The translations under genes were made by a program, and so were the position numbers. From the NCBI GenBank assembly GCA_963795855.1, contig CAWCIZ010000003.1, positions 544,001 to 608,000 of the forward strand: a DNA stretch of 64,000 nucleotides, given 5' to 3'. The stretch is from Vulcanimicrobiota bacterium (GTDB lineage Bacteria > Vulcanimicrobiota > Vulcanimicrobiia > Vulcanimicrobiales > Vulcanimicrobiaceae). Under the pieces are notes generated by a model, which was not told the DNA's origin, did not search any database, and worked only from the letters and a program-made list of their open reading frames with translations. How positions within the stretch are numbered: the stretch's first letter is position 1; every line of letters begins with the position of its first letter. Positions 1-9,239 of the stretch are shown piece by piece.

Positions 1-772
1 CGAGATCGCACAGCCGCAATTCTGCGCTGCCGCCGGGCGGAGCGACGAGCGTGAAATGCATCCAATCGCCCGGATAGTACATCGAGGGGCCGTTCGCGTA
101 AAAGCGATAGTCGAATTGCGACATGGCGGGCGCATCCGGCGGCGCTTGCAGCGACGTTTGAAAACTCCACGTCGCGGAAAATGCGTCGTTCGCGGTGGTA
201 CGCCCGGAAAAGGTCACCGTATGCGCACCGCGGCTCAATCCCATGCGCGGCATGTAGGTTATGGTGGAGCCGTCGAACGAAGCGGCGGCGGTCACGTCGG
301 TGCCGTCGATTGCGAGCATCACGTTTTGCGGCGTTGCACTCGCGCTGCCCAGCGACGCCGAAATCGTCGGATATGCGGAAGAAACGTTCGTCCCCGGTGC
401 CGGGTTCATATCGACGACACGAATTGCGGGAGTGGGGGTAACGATGCTCACGATACTCGCGCGCGCGTCGTAGCCGACGATTGCGCCCAGCGCTTGCGCG
501 ATGAAACGCAGCGGCACGTACGTTCGCATCGCGATGACTCGAGGCGGCGTATCGAGTCTTGTGTCGCGTCCGTCGACGACGGCGCTCTCGGATCCAATCG
601 TAAGACGCAGCGTGTGCGCCGCACTGCGCGCCACGATTACGCCGCGGCTGGGATCGTAGCGAATGCTTGCGCCCAAAGCGGAAAACGTCGCGCGCAGCGG
701 CAGAAGCACGCGCCCTTGCTCGACGATCGCAGTGACGTCGACGGGGCGGTCGTTCACCGTGACGGTAAGCAT
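1..772 (-). CDS. Copper amine oxidase N-terminal (stalk) domain surface protein, runs off window start
   Basis: Manual translation from ATG 772: MLTVTVNDRPVDVTAIVEQGRVLLPLRATFSALGASIRYD...RTYVPLRFIAQALGAIVGYD, the tandem 'vPLR...LGa.V.yD' stalk-domain repeats. Confidence 0.8.
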   Translation of the reverse strand, partial: MLTVTVNDRPVDVTAIVEQGRVLLPLRATFSALGASIRYDPSRGVIVARSAAHTLRLTIGSESAVVDGRDTRLDTPPRVIAMRTYVPLRFIAQALGAIVGYDARASIVSIVTPTPAIRVVDMNPAPGTNVSSAYPTISASLGSASATPQNVMLAIDGTDVTAAASFDGSTITYMPRMGLSRGAHTVTFSGRTTANDAFSATWSFQTSLQAPPDAPAMSQFDYRFYANGPSMYYPGDWMHFTLVAPPGGSAELRLCDL

Positions 773-774
773 GT

Positions 775-1916
775 TTACTCCGTTAACGGTTCGTAGACGC
801 GCCGCAGTTCCCCGGGTAAGCGCGTCACGATCTCGTAGTTAATCGTTTCCGCCCATTCGGCCCAATCGTCCGCACTCACCGCTTCCGCACCTTGCCTGCC
901 GATGAGCGTAACCGCGTCTCCGGGTTTGGCGTCGAGCGCGTTTTCGAGGTCGATCATCGTCATGTTCATGCAGACCCGGCCGACGATCGGGCAGCGGCGT
1001 CCGCCGACCAGAAACGCGGCGCGGTTCGAGAGCAGGCGCGGAATACCGTCGGCATAGCCGAGCGGTACGACGCCGATGCGCGTGCGCTTCGGGCGCATGG
1101 TAACTGCCGCCGTATCCGACCGGCGTGCCCGCCTCGACGGCACGCACTGCGGCGAGCGAGCTCTGCAGCGAAAGCGCGGGCTGCAAGTCGAATCGCGCGC
1201 CGTTCATTGCGATCCGGGTCTGCGGCGATGGCCATAAGCCGTACAGCGCAATCCCGATGCGCACCATGTCCAGGCGGGTTTGCGGCCACAGCATCGTCGC
1301 GGCCGACGCGGCGATGTGTTTGAGCGGGCGCGCGTTCTTTTGCGCGAGCGTTTCTTCAACGGAGTGCAGCGCGCGGTTGAATGCGTCGAGCTTGTCCGAG
1401 CGTGAACGGCGAATCGAGTTCTTCCGCTGCGGCCAAGTGCGAGAAGACGCCGGTGAGTGCGAGGTCCGGCAAACGCGCGTAATCTGAAACGGCATCCGCC
1501 GCTTCCGCGGGGTCGAGACCGAGGCGCGTGGTGCCGGTGTTGATCTTCACGTGCACCGGAACCGGAGCGCCGCGCCGCCGGCCCGACTCGGCAACCGCGC
1601 GCAGGTACGACCCGGTGTTCCACAACGCCAGTTCGACGTTGCGCGCGCATACTTCGTCCAGCTGCGCACTTTCGATCGGTCCCATGACGAAGATCGGACG
1701 CGTCACGCCGGCATCGCGCAATACCGCTGCTTCTTGGAGGGAGTACACGCACAAGCGCTCCGCATATGGTTCGACGGTTCGCGCAATTTCCACGATGCCG
1801 TGCCCGTAAGCGTTCGCTTTCACCACGAAGGCGGTTTTTGCGGGAGCCGCCAAATCGCGCAGCGCTCGCGCGTTGTGCGCGATCGCGGCTAAGGAAACGC
1901 AGATGCGCCCGATCAT
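775..1916 (-). CDS. alr: Alanine racemase (split over three frames; frameshifts near 1390 and 1100)
   Basis: VVKANAYGHG PLP-lysine motif, HVKINTG, GYGG, GYADG, GRVCMN and INYE motifs spread over ORFs 1356..1916, 839..1495 and 775..1143. Confidence 0.93.
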
Positions 1917-2380
1917 CGCGCGCGAGCGGCGAATGCGACGGGCACGCCGAAAAACACCGTCGCCGCAAGGACGCCGACGTATACCGAAAGCGCGTCCGGA
2001 ACCTTGAGCGCTTGCACGCTGAAGAGCACGAATTGCATGACGACGTACACGATTAAGCCGAAGATGAATCCGGAAATCGCCGGCTGCTTATCGATCGCGG
2101 GTTTGGTTTGCAAGATGTATGCATAGCCGATTCCCCACCCCGCCGCCGCAACGACGTTCATGACCAACCCGATCCACGCATACCCCGGCGACGCGAGCGC
2201 CGCTTTGCCAAAGGCAGTCGACGCGATGAATTGCCAAAGCGAGAGGATGCTCGCATGCGCGGGCAGTAGGCTTGCGAGGTAAAGAAAGACGTCGAAGCAG
2301 ATTGCGCCTGCGACGCCCGCGGCGATGCCGGACAGCACGATGCGGCGCCACTTCATGGAAACGGCCGTTGCCATACGCAT
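1913..2380 (-). CDS. Hypothetical integral membrane protein (about 4 TM helices)
   Basis: Hydrophobic 155-aa ORF whose stop overlaps the alr start (ATGA). Confidence 0.7.
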   Translation of the reverse strand: MRMATAVSMKWRRIVLSGIAAGVAGAICFDVFLYLASLLPAHASILSLWQFIASTAFGKAALASPGYAWIGLVMNVVAAAGWGIGYAYILQTKPAIDKQPAISGFIFGLIVYVVMQFVLFSVQALKVPDALSVYVGVLAATVFFGVPVAFAARAR

Positions 2381-2620
2381 TTACGCTTCAAACTTAATGG
2401 CCGCGTAACCCTCTGCTCGGACCCTTTATTGTACGATAGCAGCACGATGCGACGGAACTATGCAACCGCCGTTGCGGACGTTGTTATTTGGAGCAGTTCC
2501 TTACTGCTCGCGGCCGTTCTGCTCTTCGTAATGCTGAACGCCGGACGCCACTGGGTGCATTAAGCAAGCAACGCCACGGCTGTTAGGCGGACGCCGGTTT
2601 TGACGGGGTAAACACACAGC

Positions 2621-3547
2621 GTGCCCGGTCAGCAATTCGCGACCATCCTCGCGCGAACCGATCCGTTCGACGTCGCCCAGGGGGTGGAACGCCACATTCG
2701 CGCGTTGTCCGGCGAGCAGGTACGTCTGTTGATCGAGAACGCTCGGCCGCGCCTGAACGATTTTTACGAGGCGGAATTCGTTCCGCTGTTGGACGAGCGT
2801 AGCGATGCGCGTTTGAAAAGCGGCTTCGCGCAATCCCTCAAGAGTAATTTGCGCGCAATTCCGCTTTTCGGCCCGGCGTTTTGCCAGGGCGTTATCTCCG
2901 GCGTGCCGGCCGATCGCGCCATCGGCCTGGGTGAAGAGGAGCACCGCCTGCGGCCTGTGCGCCCCGTCGCGATCGCCGTTGTCGCCCTGGCGCTCGTCAT
3001 CGCGGGCGCAGCCGGGGAGCGGGTACTCAGCACAGCCAGATCCAACGCCCAGACGCCGGTCATCACCACGACGCCCGCGCCCTTGCAGTTGGAGACGCCG
3101 CGTCCGGTAGCTATCGCGACGGCCGCCGAAGAAACGCGTGCTCAGGCGACGTTGCCGCCGCGATCGCGTCTGCAAGCGTTGCAGACCGCCGTTCCGGTTA
3201 CGGCGCCGGCGTTGTTTTCCCCGACTCGACCGGCTGCGCCGGAAGCGCGCCCGCGGACCCCGGCGCCGGGAGCCGGCGTGAAAACGATCGTGGTAGGTCC
3301 TCCGACGAGCGCGCCCTCACCGCAGCCGAGCGACGTGGACGTGAGCGACATGCCGCAGGCATACACCGACGCGACGCCTTTGCCGAAAGAAACGGCGCCG
3401 CCGGCGCAAGCCGCCACGCCGCTAGGCGTCGTCACCCCTACTGCTTCTCCCAGGCGCCGCTCATGGTTGCATCGCACAATTATGCACTTGGACCCGTTCA
3501 AGCCTAATCCGCGCCCATCAACTTCCGCCCACGGACAGCCGCTATGA
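2621..3547 (+). CDS. Hypothetical membrane-anchored protein with Pro/Thr-rich C-terminal region
   Basis: 308-aa ORF with one TM segment (VAIAVVALALVIAGAAG); coupled to next gene by ATGA overlap. Confidence 0.65.
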   Translation: MPGQQFATILARTDPFDVAQGVERHIRALSGEQVRLLIENARPRLNDFYEAEFVPLLDERSDARLKSGFAQSLKSNLRAIPLFGPAFCQGVISGVPADRAIGLGEEEHRLRPVRPVAIAVVALALVIAGAAGERVLSTARSNAQTPVITTTPAPLQLETPRPVAIATAAEETRAQATLPPRSRLQALQTAVPVTAPALFSPTRPAAPEARPRTPAPGAGVKTIVVGPPTSAPSPQPSDVDVSDMPQAYTDATPLPKETAPPAQAATPLGVVTPTASPRRRSWLHRTIMHLDPFKPNPRPSTSAHGQPL

Positions 3548-4018
3548 AACTTTCGATCGTTGCGCCGCTTGCAGCCGCTGCCGCCCTGTCGCTGGCCGCA
3601 TGCAATTCCGGCAACAACCCCACCCCGACACCCACGCTTGGGCCTACGTGCCCACTGCCCGCCGGGGTTCAGACGCAGCTCGTGTATCCCGCGCCGGGCT
3701 CGACGGTGAGCGCCTCGACCGTGAGCGAAATCGCGATCGGGTCAACGGCCGCGCTCGATTCGAGCCGCTATCAGGTCGTCATCACGGACGCGCTCTTCCC
3801 ATATCCGAACTTCATCGCGCCCGGCGGCGCGCTGGCGGCGGCCTCACCGCCGTTCCCCTCGCCCAGCCAGACGCCGGCCTTCGGCAATCCGCAGTATCAG
3901 ACCACGACGCTCAGCAGCGTCTTTGCGGCAAACCAGGTCGTGACGGTCTACGTGAACGACACCAAATCGGGCGACAACTGCACACCGCTTCGAGCTGGGC
4001 GCGTTCACGACCCAGTAG
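3544..4018 (+). CDS. Putative lipoprotein (probable frameshift near 3988)
   Basis: Lipobox LSLAAC then NPTPTPT. After CTP an alternative frame gives FELGAFTTQ-TAG (4016-4018), a more plausible end than read-through into the IS to 4077. Confidence 0.6.
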
Positions 4019-4041
4019 CCGGCGAACAGCCTCCCCGGGGG

Positions 4042-4079
4042 CGTCCAAAGGGCATTATCCCCTCACGGCACGGGTAACC
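4042..4079. repeat. Target-site duplication copy 1 plus terminal inverted repeat
   Basis: CGTCCAAA followed by GGGCATTATCCC...GTAACC. Confidence 0.93.
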
Positions 4080-4276
4080 GAAATCTCGAAAATGCGCTAG
4101 TGTTATCAGATCAGAGCCTTAATCTTTTCGTTCATGTTCGCGGGGCATAAACAAAGCGTGAAGTTTCGGCTTTTACCAAACCGTGACCGTTGACATTACG
4201 CCCTAAAGCCGGATGATTAGATTCCGACGTATAGCATGGATGCCAAGGATGGCCCACTGGTAGTCTGGAGAGCAGC

Positions 4277-4471
4277 ATGGAGAATTGCCTTGTGTGTGGC
4301 AAGCCAGTTCGAGTCGAGTACCCTGGGTTGCCGCGCGCCCGTGCGCTTTGTGATGATGTTTGCAAGCGAATCTGGGCTGCTCAAACCGGCAAAGAATACA
4401 TCAGTATGCAAGAATACGCCAGCAGGGTGAACGCGGCGACGAAACCTATCCACCCTACTAGCGCGTCGTAA
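4277..4471 (+). CDS. Small Cys-rich (CxxC...CxxxC) putative zinc-binding passenger protein
   Basis: MENCLVCGKP...LCDDVCK; GGAGAG RBS upstream; TTGACA at 4190-4195 with a candidate -10 GATGAT at 4212-4217. Confidence 0.55.
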   Translation: MENCLVCGKPVRVEYPGLPRARALCDDVCKRIWAAQTGKEYISMQEYASRVNAATKPIHPTSAS

Positions 4472-4494
4472 GTCTACCTTAGCGGGTTATCGAT

Positions 4495-4764
4495 TTAGTA
4501 AACAGGCAGACTTAGCAGATTGTCAGCAACGGAATCATTCGGTAGTGTCCGTATGTACGGACGCCGGATGGTCCCGCAAACGACGACTACACGAGTCCGG
4601 CGATCGCCGTCCACCGTGTAGAGTTCGTTTCCGCCGTTGATAAACGCGATGATGGCCGATAGAGTCATCGTTAGCGTTACGCCGAAGACGGTTCGACATT
4701 CCACGTCGGTGATTATGGAGTGGGGACCCTCTAGGTACACTCCTATTGCTTCCAGAGATTGCAT
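4495..4764 (-). CDS. DUF3892-like passenger protein (89 aa)
   Basis: AAGGAGG RBS (4780-4774) before ATG 4764; C-terminal PYIRTLPNDSVADNLLSLP resembles the DUF3892 signature. Confidence 0.7.
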   Translation of the reverse strand: MQSLEAIGVYLEGPHSIITDVECRTVFGVTLTMTLSAIIAFINGGNELYTVDGDRRTRVVVVCGTIRRPYIRTLPNDSVADNLLSLPVY

Positions 4765-4795
4765 TGAGCAAGACCTCCTTGTGACGTGTCGCACC

Positions 4796-4919
4796 CGGCG
4801 CTTGGGATGCGGGCGGAGTGCCCGCGCCAAGTCACCAGCGTTCCCACCGAGGCAGGAGCGCTGTCGGGGTACCGGCTTCCCCCGATTTGCCGTCCGCTGA
4901 AGCACTCATCACCTGCGGA
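4796..4919. ncRNA. Structured non-coding segment (multi-hairpin junction)
   Basis: CGGCG/TGCCG closes three hairpins (CTTGG..GCGGGC/GCCCGC..CCAAG; CAGCGTTCC/GGAGCGCTG; TCGGGG/CCCCGA), followed by TCCGC/GCGGA. Confidence 0.45.
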
Positions 4920-5000
4920 AATCTCATAGTACCTCTGGACTGGTGCGGTCGGTAGCCCATTCTCCGAAGCCTTAGCTTTCGCTAAACGAAGCGGGCCCTT

Positions 5001-5029
5001 TTGCGTCACCGTCCGGTTCGTGATAATGT
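5001..5029 (+). promoter_or_regulatory. Putative sigma70 promoter for cloverleaf RNA A
   Basis: TTGCGT (5001-5006), 17 bp, TAATGT (5024-5029) with TG extension; predicted start about 5036. Confidence 0.5.
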
Positions 5030-5035
5030 TGGAGC

Positions 5036-5127
5036 GGAGCCGGGGAATCTTATTTCATGCGCGGTACCAGCGCGCACCCATGGTTTCTAAGGCCAGGTCG
5101 GACACTTGTCACGATTCGGCGGCTCCA
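5036..5127 (+). ncRNA. Cloverleaf/tRNA-like small RNA A (non-canonical)
   Basis: Perfect 7-bp GGAGCCG/CGGCTCC plus unpaired A; inner GAATC/GATTC; arms TGCGCG-7nt-CGCGCA, TGGT-TTCTAAG-GCCA and GAC-ACTT-GTC. Confidence 0.55.
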
Positions 5128-5136
5128 AAATGAATC

Positions 5137-5167
5137 GGGCTCATCTTTTAAGATGGGCCTGTTCTTT
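5137..5167 (+). terminator. Intrinsic terminator-like hairpin after RNA A
   Basis: GGGCTCATCT-TTTA-AGATGGGCCT then GTTCTTT; its G-U pairs are valid only on the + strand. Confidence 0.55.
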
Positions 5168-5194
5168 ACGCGGCATTCTCCGTTTCGGTTGCGG

Positions 5195-5626
5195 CTATTG
5201 TGGCGGGCGGAACGTCGCCGATCCACCGATACGTTCGAGGGGCAATTTTTTGACCATGTGGCGTTGGGAGAGGTTGTAGCACGAGACATCAGTCGCTGAA
5301 AGCGGACTGTCAGCCCGCGTTACTGCGTTCATTGCCTGAGCGCGCTTCCATAATTCCTTTACGTGCATCGGGGTGCCGTGCGCTTCGTACAGAATGCGCG
5401 CGATGGCGCTCATTAATGAAGGCCCGCCCTTCGACCGTGGCGGAACGACATTCGGCGGTTCGATGCCTAACGGTAGCGGCTCGCCATTACTTGCATTCAG
5501 CGTGAGCCAGCGTTCGTCGGCGCGTAGCATGTCGAGCAGTACTTCTCTCTGCCTATCAAGGTTGGCGAGCGTTTCTCGAACTTGTGCTAGCCGATCGCGG
5601 ACTGCTTGCTCGGTTAACATGGTCAT
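5195..5626 (-). CDS. Passenger protein: N-terminal coiled coil plus C-terminal winged-helix-like DNA-binding domain
   Basis: 143 aa; heptad-like VRDRLAQVRETLANLDRQREVL; SLMSAIARILYEAHGTPMHVKELWKRA wHTH-like; AAGGGA RBS. Confidence 0.65.
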   Translation of the reverse strand: MTMLTEQAVRDRLAQVRETLANLDRQREVLLDMLRADERWLTLNASNGEPLPLGIEPPNVVPPRSKGGPSLMSAIARILYEAHGTPMHVKELWKRAQAMNAVTRADSPLSATDVSCYNLSQRHMVKKLPLERIGGSATFRPPQ

Positions 5627-5648
5627 TTCGGTTCCCTTTTGCTATAAT
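5620..5648 (+). promoter_or_regulatory. Putative sigma70 promoter for cloverleaf RNA B
   Basis: TGGTCA (5620-5625), 17 bp, perfect TATAAT (5643-5648) with TG extension; predicted start about 5655. Confidence 0.65.
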
Positions 5649-5653
5649 GGCAA

Positions 5654-5722
5654 TGGCGACGCCGGGGCCTCGATCCCCGGAGTTACGGGATTTCAGTCCC
5701 GCTTCTGTCCGAACCGCCGCCA
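5654..5722. ncRNA. Cloverleaf/tRNA-like small RNA B (non-canonical; strand ambiguous)
   Basis: Minus strand: GGCGGCG G TTC-GGACA-GAA GCGGGA-CTGAAA-TCCCGT AACT CCGGGG-ATCGAGG-CCCCGG CGTCGCC A. The promoter and terminator signals are on the + strand. Confidence 0.55.
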
Positions 5723-5724
5723 TC

Positions 5725-5770
5725 GGGGGCCCTGGGTCTGTCACCAAACTTCCCCAGGCCCCCTTACTTT
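5725..5770 (+). terminator. Terminator-like hairpin after RNA B
   Basis: GGGGG(C)CCTGGG, 16-nt loop, CCCAGGCCCCC, followed by TTACTTT. Confidence 0.5.
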
Positions 5771-5935
5771 ATCATAACGAGTCTGCTCGCATCATAGGGG
5801 GTAGGCCCTATGTAGGACCTAATAGCTCCATAAAGTTTAGGTAAAAGAGGCGTATGGACAAAACTAAGGGCGTGGCACCATCCGGCGAACGCCCATATGA
5901 ACGGGTTGACTTTCTACGCGACTTGTCTAAGGCGT

Positions 5936-6943
5936 CTAAGAAACTAGCTTCCGGGGATGATGCTTCGCTGGAAAGTGACGCGCAAGAAACTCCTGGGAAA
6001 TCTGACCGCAAAGAATCGTGAACATCGGCTTGCCATCCTCGCGATGGTTGTAGCGGAAGCAATACTCGTCTAAGTAACCCTGAATGTGCTTGCGCGAGAT
6101 ATGCTTGTACACGCCGCGCACACTGCCACGGAAATGCGACCAGAAGCCCTCGATCGTGTTCGTCGAAACGCCGTCCGCATCGACGTAAACGCCGTCACTG
6201 TGCTTCACTAGTCTGTGAACGTAACCCCAATGCTTGAGGGGAACGTATTGCGGGGCTTCGTCTGTATGAATTTCACTACCGGGCTTGACTCGCTGCTTGA
6301 TGGGCTGCGTCAACTCGAAGAATCCGCGCCGTTCTACGGGATAAGCCGCAATACGGCCACCACGCTCGACTAAACCCGCGATTACGATCTTGCCGGTTTC
6401 GGGCCCAACAACTTGCGGAAAACGCGCACGAGCCCGACGGTTCATGCGATTAACCTTCGGCCCGAAATACGTTTCATCGGCTTCTACTATCTTGTCGCCG
6501 CCGAGATCGTGAACGTCCTCTAGTAGCATCTTGCGAATGAGGTTGAACATGCGCCACGCAGTTTTATACGTAACGCCGGTTTCGCGCATGAGCTGCATGG
6601 CGGAAATGCCACAACGGGTCGCGCTCATCAAGTAGATCGCGTGGAACCACGTTTTGAGGCTTGTCTTGGACTTGTGGAAGATCGTGCCGGCCGTCGGATG
6701 CGTATGCGTTCCGCAGTAATCGCAGGTCCAGACCTTGGGGCGATTCTTGAGCTGGTGATGGGGGCGGACCTCGCCGCATTGCAAACAGTGGATATACAGT
6801 GCGTCCGCGTCCTCGGGGGCCCATAGCGGCTGCGGATAGAGAGACTTGACCAACCAGCGCATACACGCGATATCGTCCGGAAACTCGGATTCGAACTGCT
6901 TGAACGTGTACTTGCTGTTCTTGGGTAGGTTTAGGCTCGGCAT
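5936..6943 (-). CDS. IS1595-family DDE transposase
   Basis: N-terminal Zn ribbon (CLQC...WTCDYC), TIFHKSK, VEADETYFG, IHTDEAPQY, TNTIEGFWS, YLDEYCFRYN; GGAGG RBS before ATG 6943. Confidence 0.96.
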   Translation of the reverse strand: MPSLNLPKNSKYTFKQFESEFPDDIACMRWLVKSLYPQPLWAPEDADALYIHCLQCGEVRPHHQLKNRPKVWTCDYCGTHTHPTAGTIFHKSKTSLKTWFHAIYLMSATRCGISAMQLMRETGVTYKTAWRMFNLIRKMLLEDVHDLGGDKIVEADETYFGPKVNRMNRRARARFPQVVGPETGKIVIAGLVERGGRIAAYPVERRGFFELTQPIKQRVKPGSEIHTDEAPQYVPLKHWGYVHRLVKHSDGVYVDADGVSTNTIEGFWSHFRGSVRGVYKHISRKHIQGYLDEYCFRYNHREDGKPMFTILCGQISQEFLARHFPAKHHPRKLVS

Positions 6944-6973
6944 AGGGCTCGCCTCCACCTACAGCGTATCATG

Positions 6974-7011
6974 GGTTACACGTGCGGTCAAGGGATAATG
7001 ACCCGTCCAAA
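6974..7011. repeat. Terminal inverted repeat plus target-site duplication copy 2
   Basis: GGTTACACGTGCGGTCAAGGGATAATGACC followed by CGTCCAAA. Confidence 0.93.
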
Positions 7012-7015
7012 GAAC

Positions 7016-7044
7016 TTGCAGTCTCCACCGGAGTCTGCTAAGAT
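7016..7044 (+). promoter_or_regulatory. groESL sigma70 promoter
   Basis: TTGCAG, 17 bp, TAAGAT with TG extension. Confidence 0.75.
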
Positions 7045-7051
7045 TCCATCG

Positions 7052-7078
7052 CTGGCACTCTATTGCTGAGAGTGCCAA
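7052..7078. promoter_or_regulatory. CIRCE operator (HrcA site)
   Basis: CTGGCACTC-N9-GAGTGCCAA vs consensus TTAGCACTC-N9-GAGTGCTAA, upstream of groES. Confidence 0.92.
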
Positions 7079-7105
7079 TCCCTGACAAATTTTTTGGAGG
7101 TTTAC

Positions 7106-7411
7106 GTGAATCTCAAGCCTTTGGGCGATCGCGTGGTCGTAGAGCACGTCGAGCAGCAAGACAAGAGCGCCGGCGGCGTGTTCCTCCCGGACACCGCCAA
7201 AGAGAAGCCGCAGGAAGGCCTCGTCCGCGCGGTCGGTTCCGGCCGCACCCTCGACAACGGCACCAAGCTCTCGATGGACGTGAAGGTCGGCGATCGCATC
7301 ATCTACTCGAAGTATTCGGGCTCTGAAGTCAAGGTCGACGGCACCGAGTACCTCATCATTTCTGAAAAAGACGTTCTGGCCATCGTCGACAAAGTTCCGG
7401 CCGGCGTTTAA
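7106..7411 (+). CDS. groES: Co-chaperonin GroES
   Basis: [10 protein letters not shown]...[19 protein letters not shown] before GTG 7106. Confidence 0.98.
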   Translation: MNLKPLGDRVVVEHVEQQDKSAGGVFLPDTAKEKPQEGLVRAVGSGRTLDNGTKLSMDVKVGDRIIYSKYSGSEVKVDGTEYLIISEKDVLAIVDKVPAGV

Positions 7412-7423
7412 GGAGTTTTGTAA

Positions 7424-9085
<1,662 letters not shown>

Positions 9086-9130
9086 GCCTCGGCGAAACAT
9101 CGTACCGAGCAACGTCCCGTACATACGAAG

Positions 9131-9163
9131 AAAACGCCTCGCGGATTGCCGCGGGGCGTTTTT
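9131..9163 (+). terminator. Intrinsic terminator of groESL
   Basis: AAAACGCCTCGCGG-ATTG-CCGCGGGGCGTTTTT. Confidence 0.85.
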
Positions 9164-9239
9164 ACACTATGGGCCGTTGGAACGAAGGGCCGTCGGCACG
9201 AACGCAATAACCCGTTCGTACTCGTCAAAGGAGGTTTGG

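Larger units (their letters stand above)
4050..7003 (-). mobile_element. IS1595-family insertion sequence with passenger genes (ISNwi1-like ends), 2954 bp
   Basis: Left end GGGCATTATCCCCTCACGGCACGGGTAACC (4050-4079) vs right end reverse complement GGTCATTATCCCTTGACCGCACGTGTAACC (7003-6974), 25/30 identical. 8-bp direct repeat CGTCCAAA at 4042-4049 and 7004-7011. IS1595 transposase inside; interior visibly more AT-rich than flanks. Confidence 0.95.

Noticed and set aside
775..1916. Programmed frameshifting in alr, glpK, meaB and others
   Set aside because: No slippery sites noticed, and indels are scattered window-wide, including in essential genes.
3544..4077. Lipoprotein gene apparently truncated by the IS
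   Set aside because: A natural-looking end (FELGAFTTQ-TAG, 4018) exists in an adjacent frame before the insertion site, so the read-through is better explained by an indel.
5036..5722. Calling the two cloverleaves canonical tRNA genes (Pyl, Sec, Leu or Phe)
   Set aside because: No TTCRA T-loop, no standard D-arm, no encoded CCA, and non-standard arm order or loop size; kept only as tRNA-like.
5808..6062. Small ORF overlapping the transposase 3' end
   Set aside because: No convincing start or RBS; cannot be supported.
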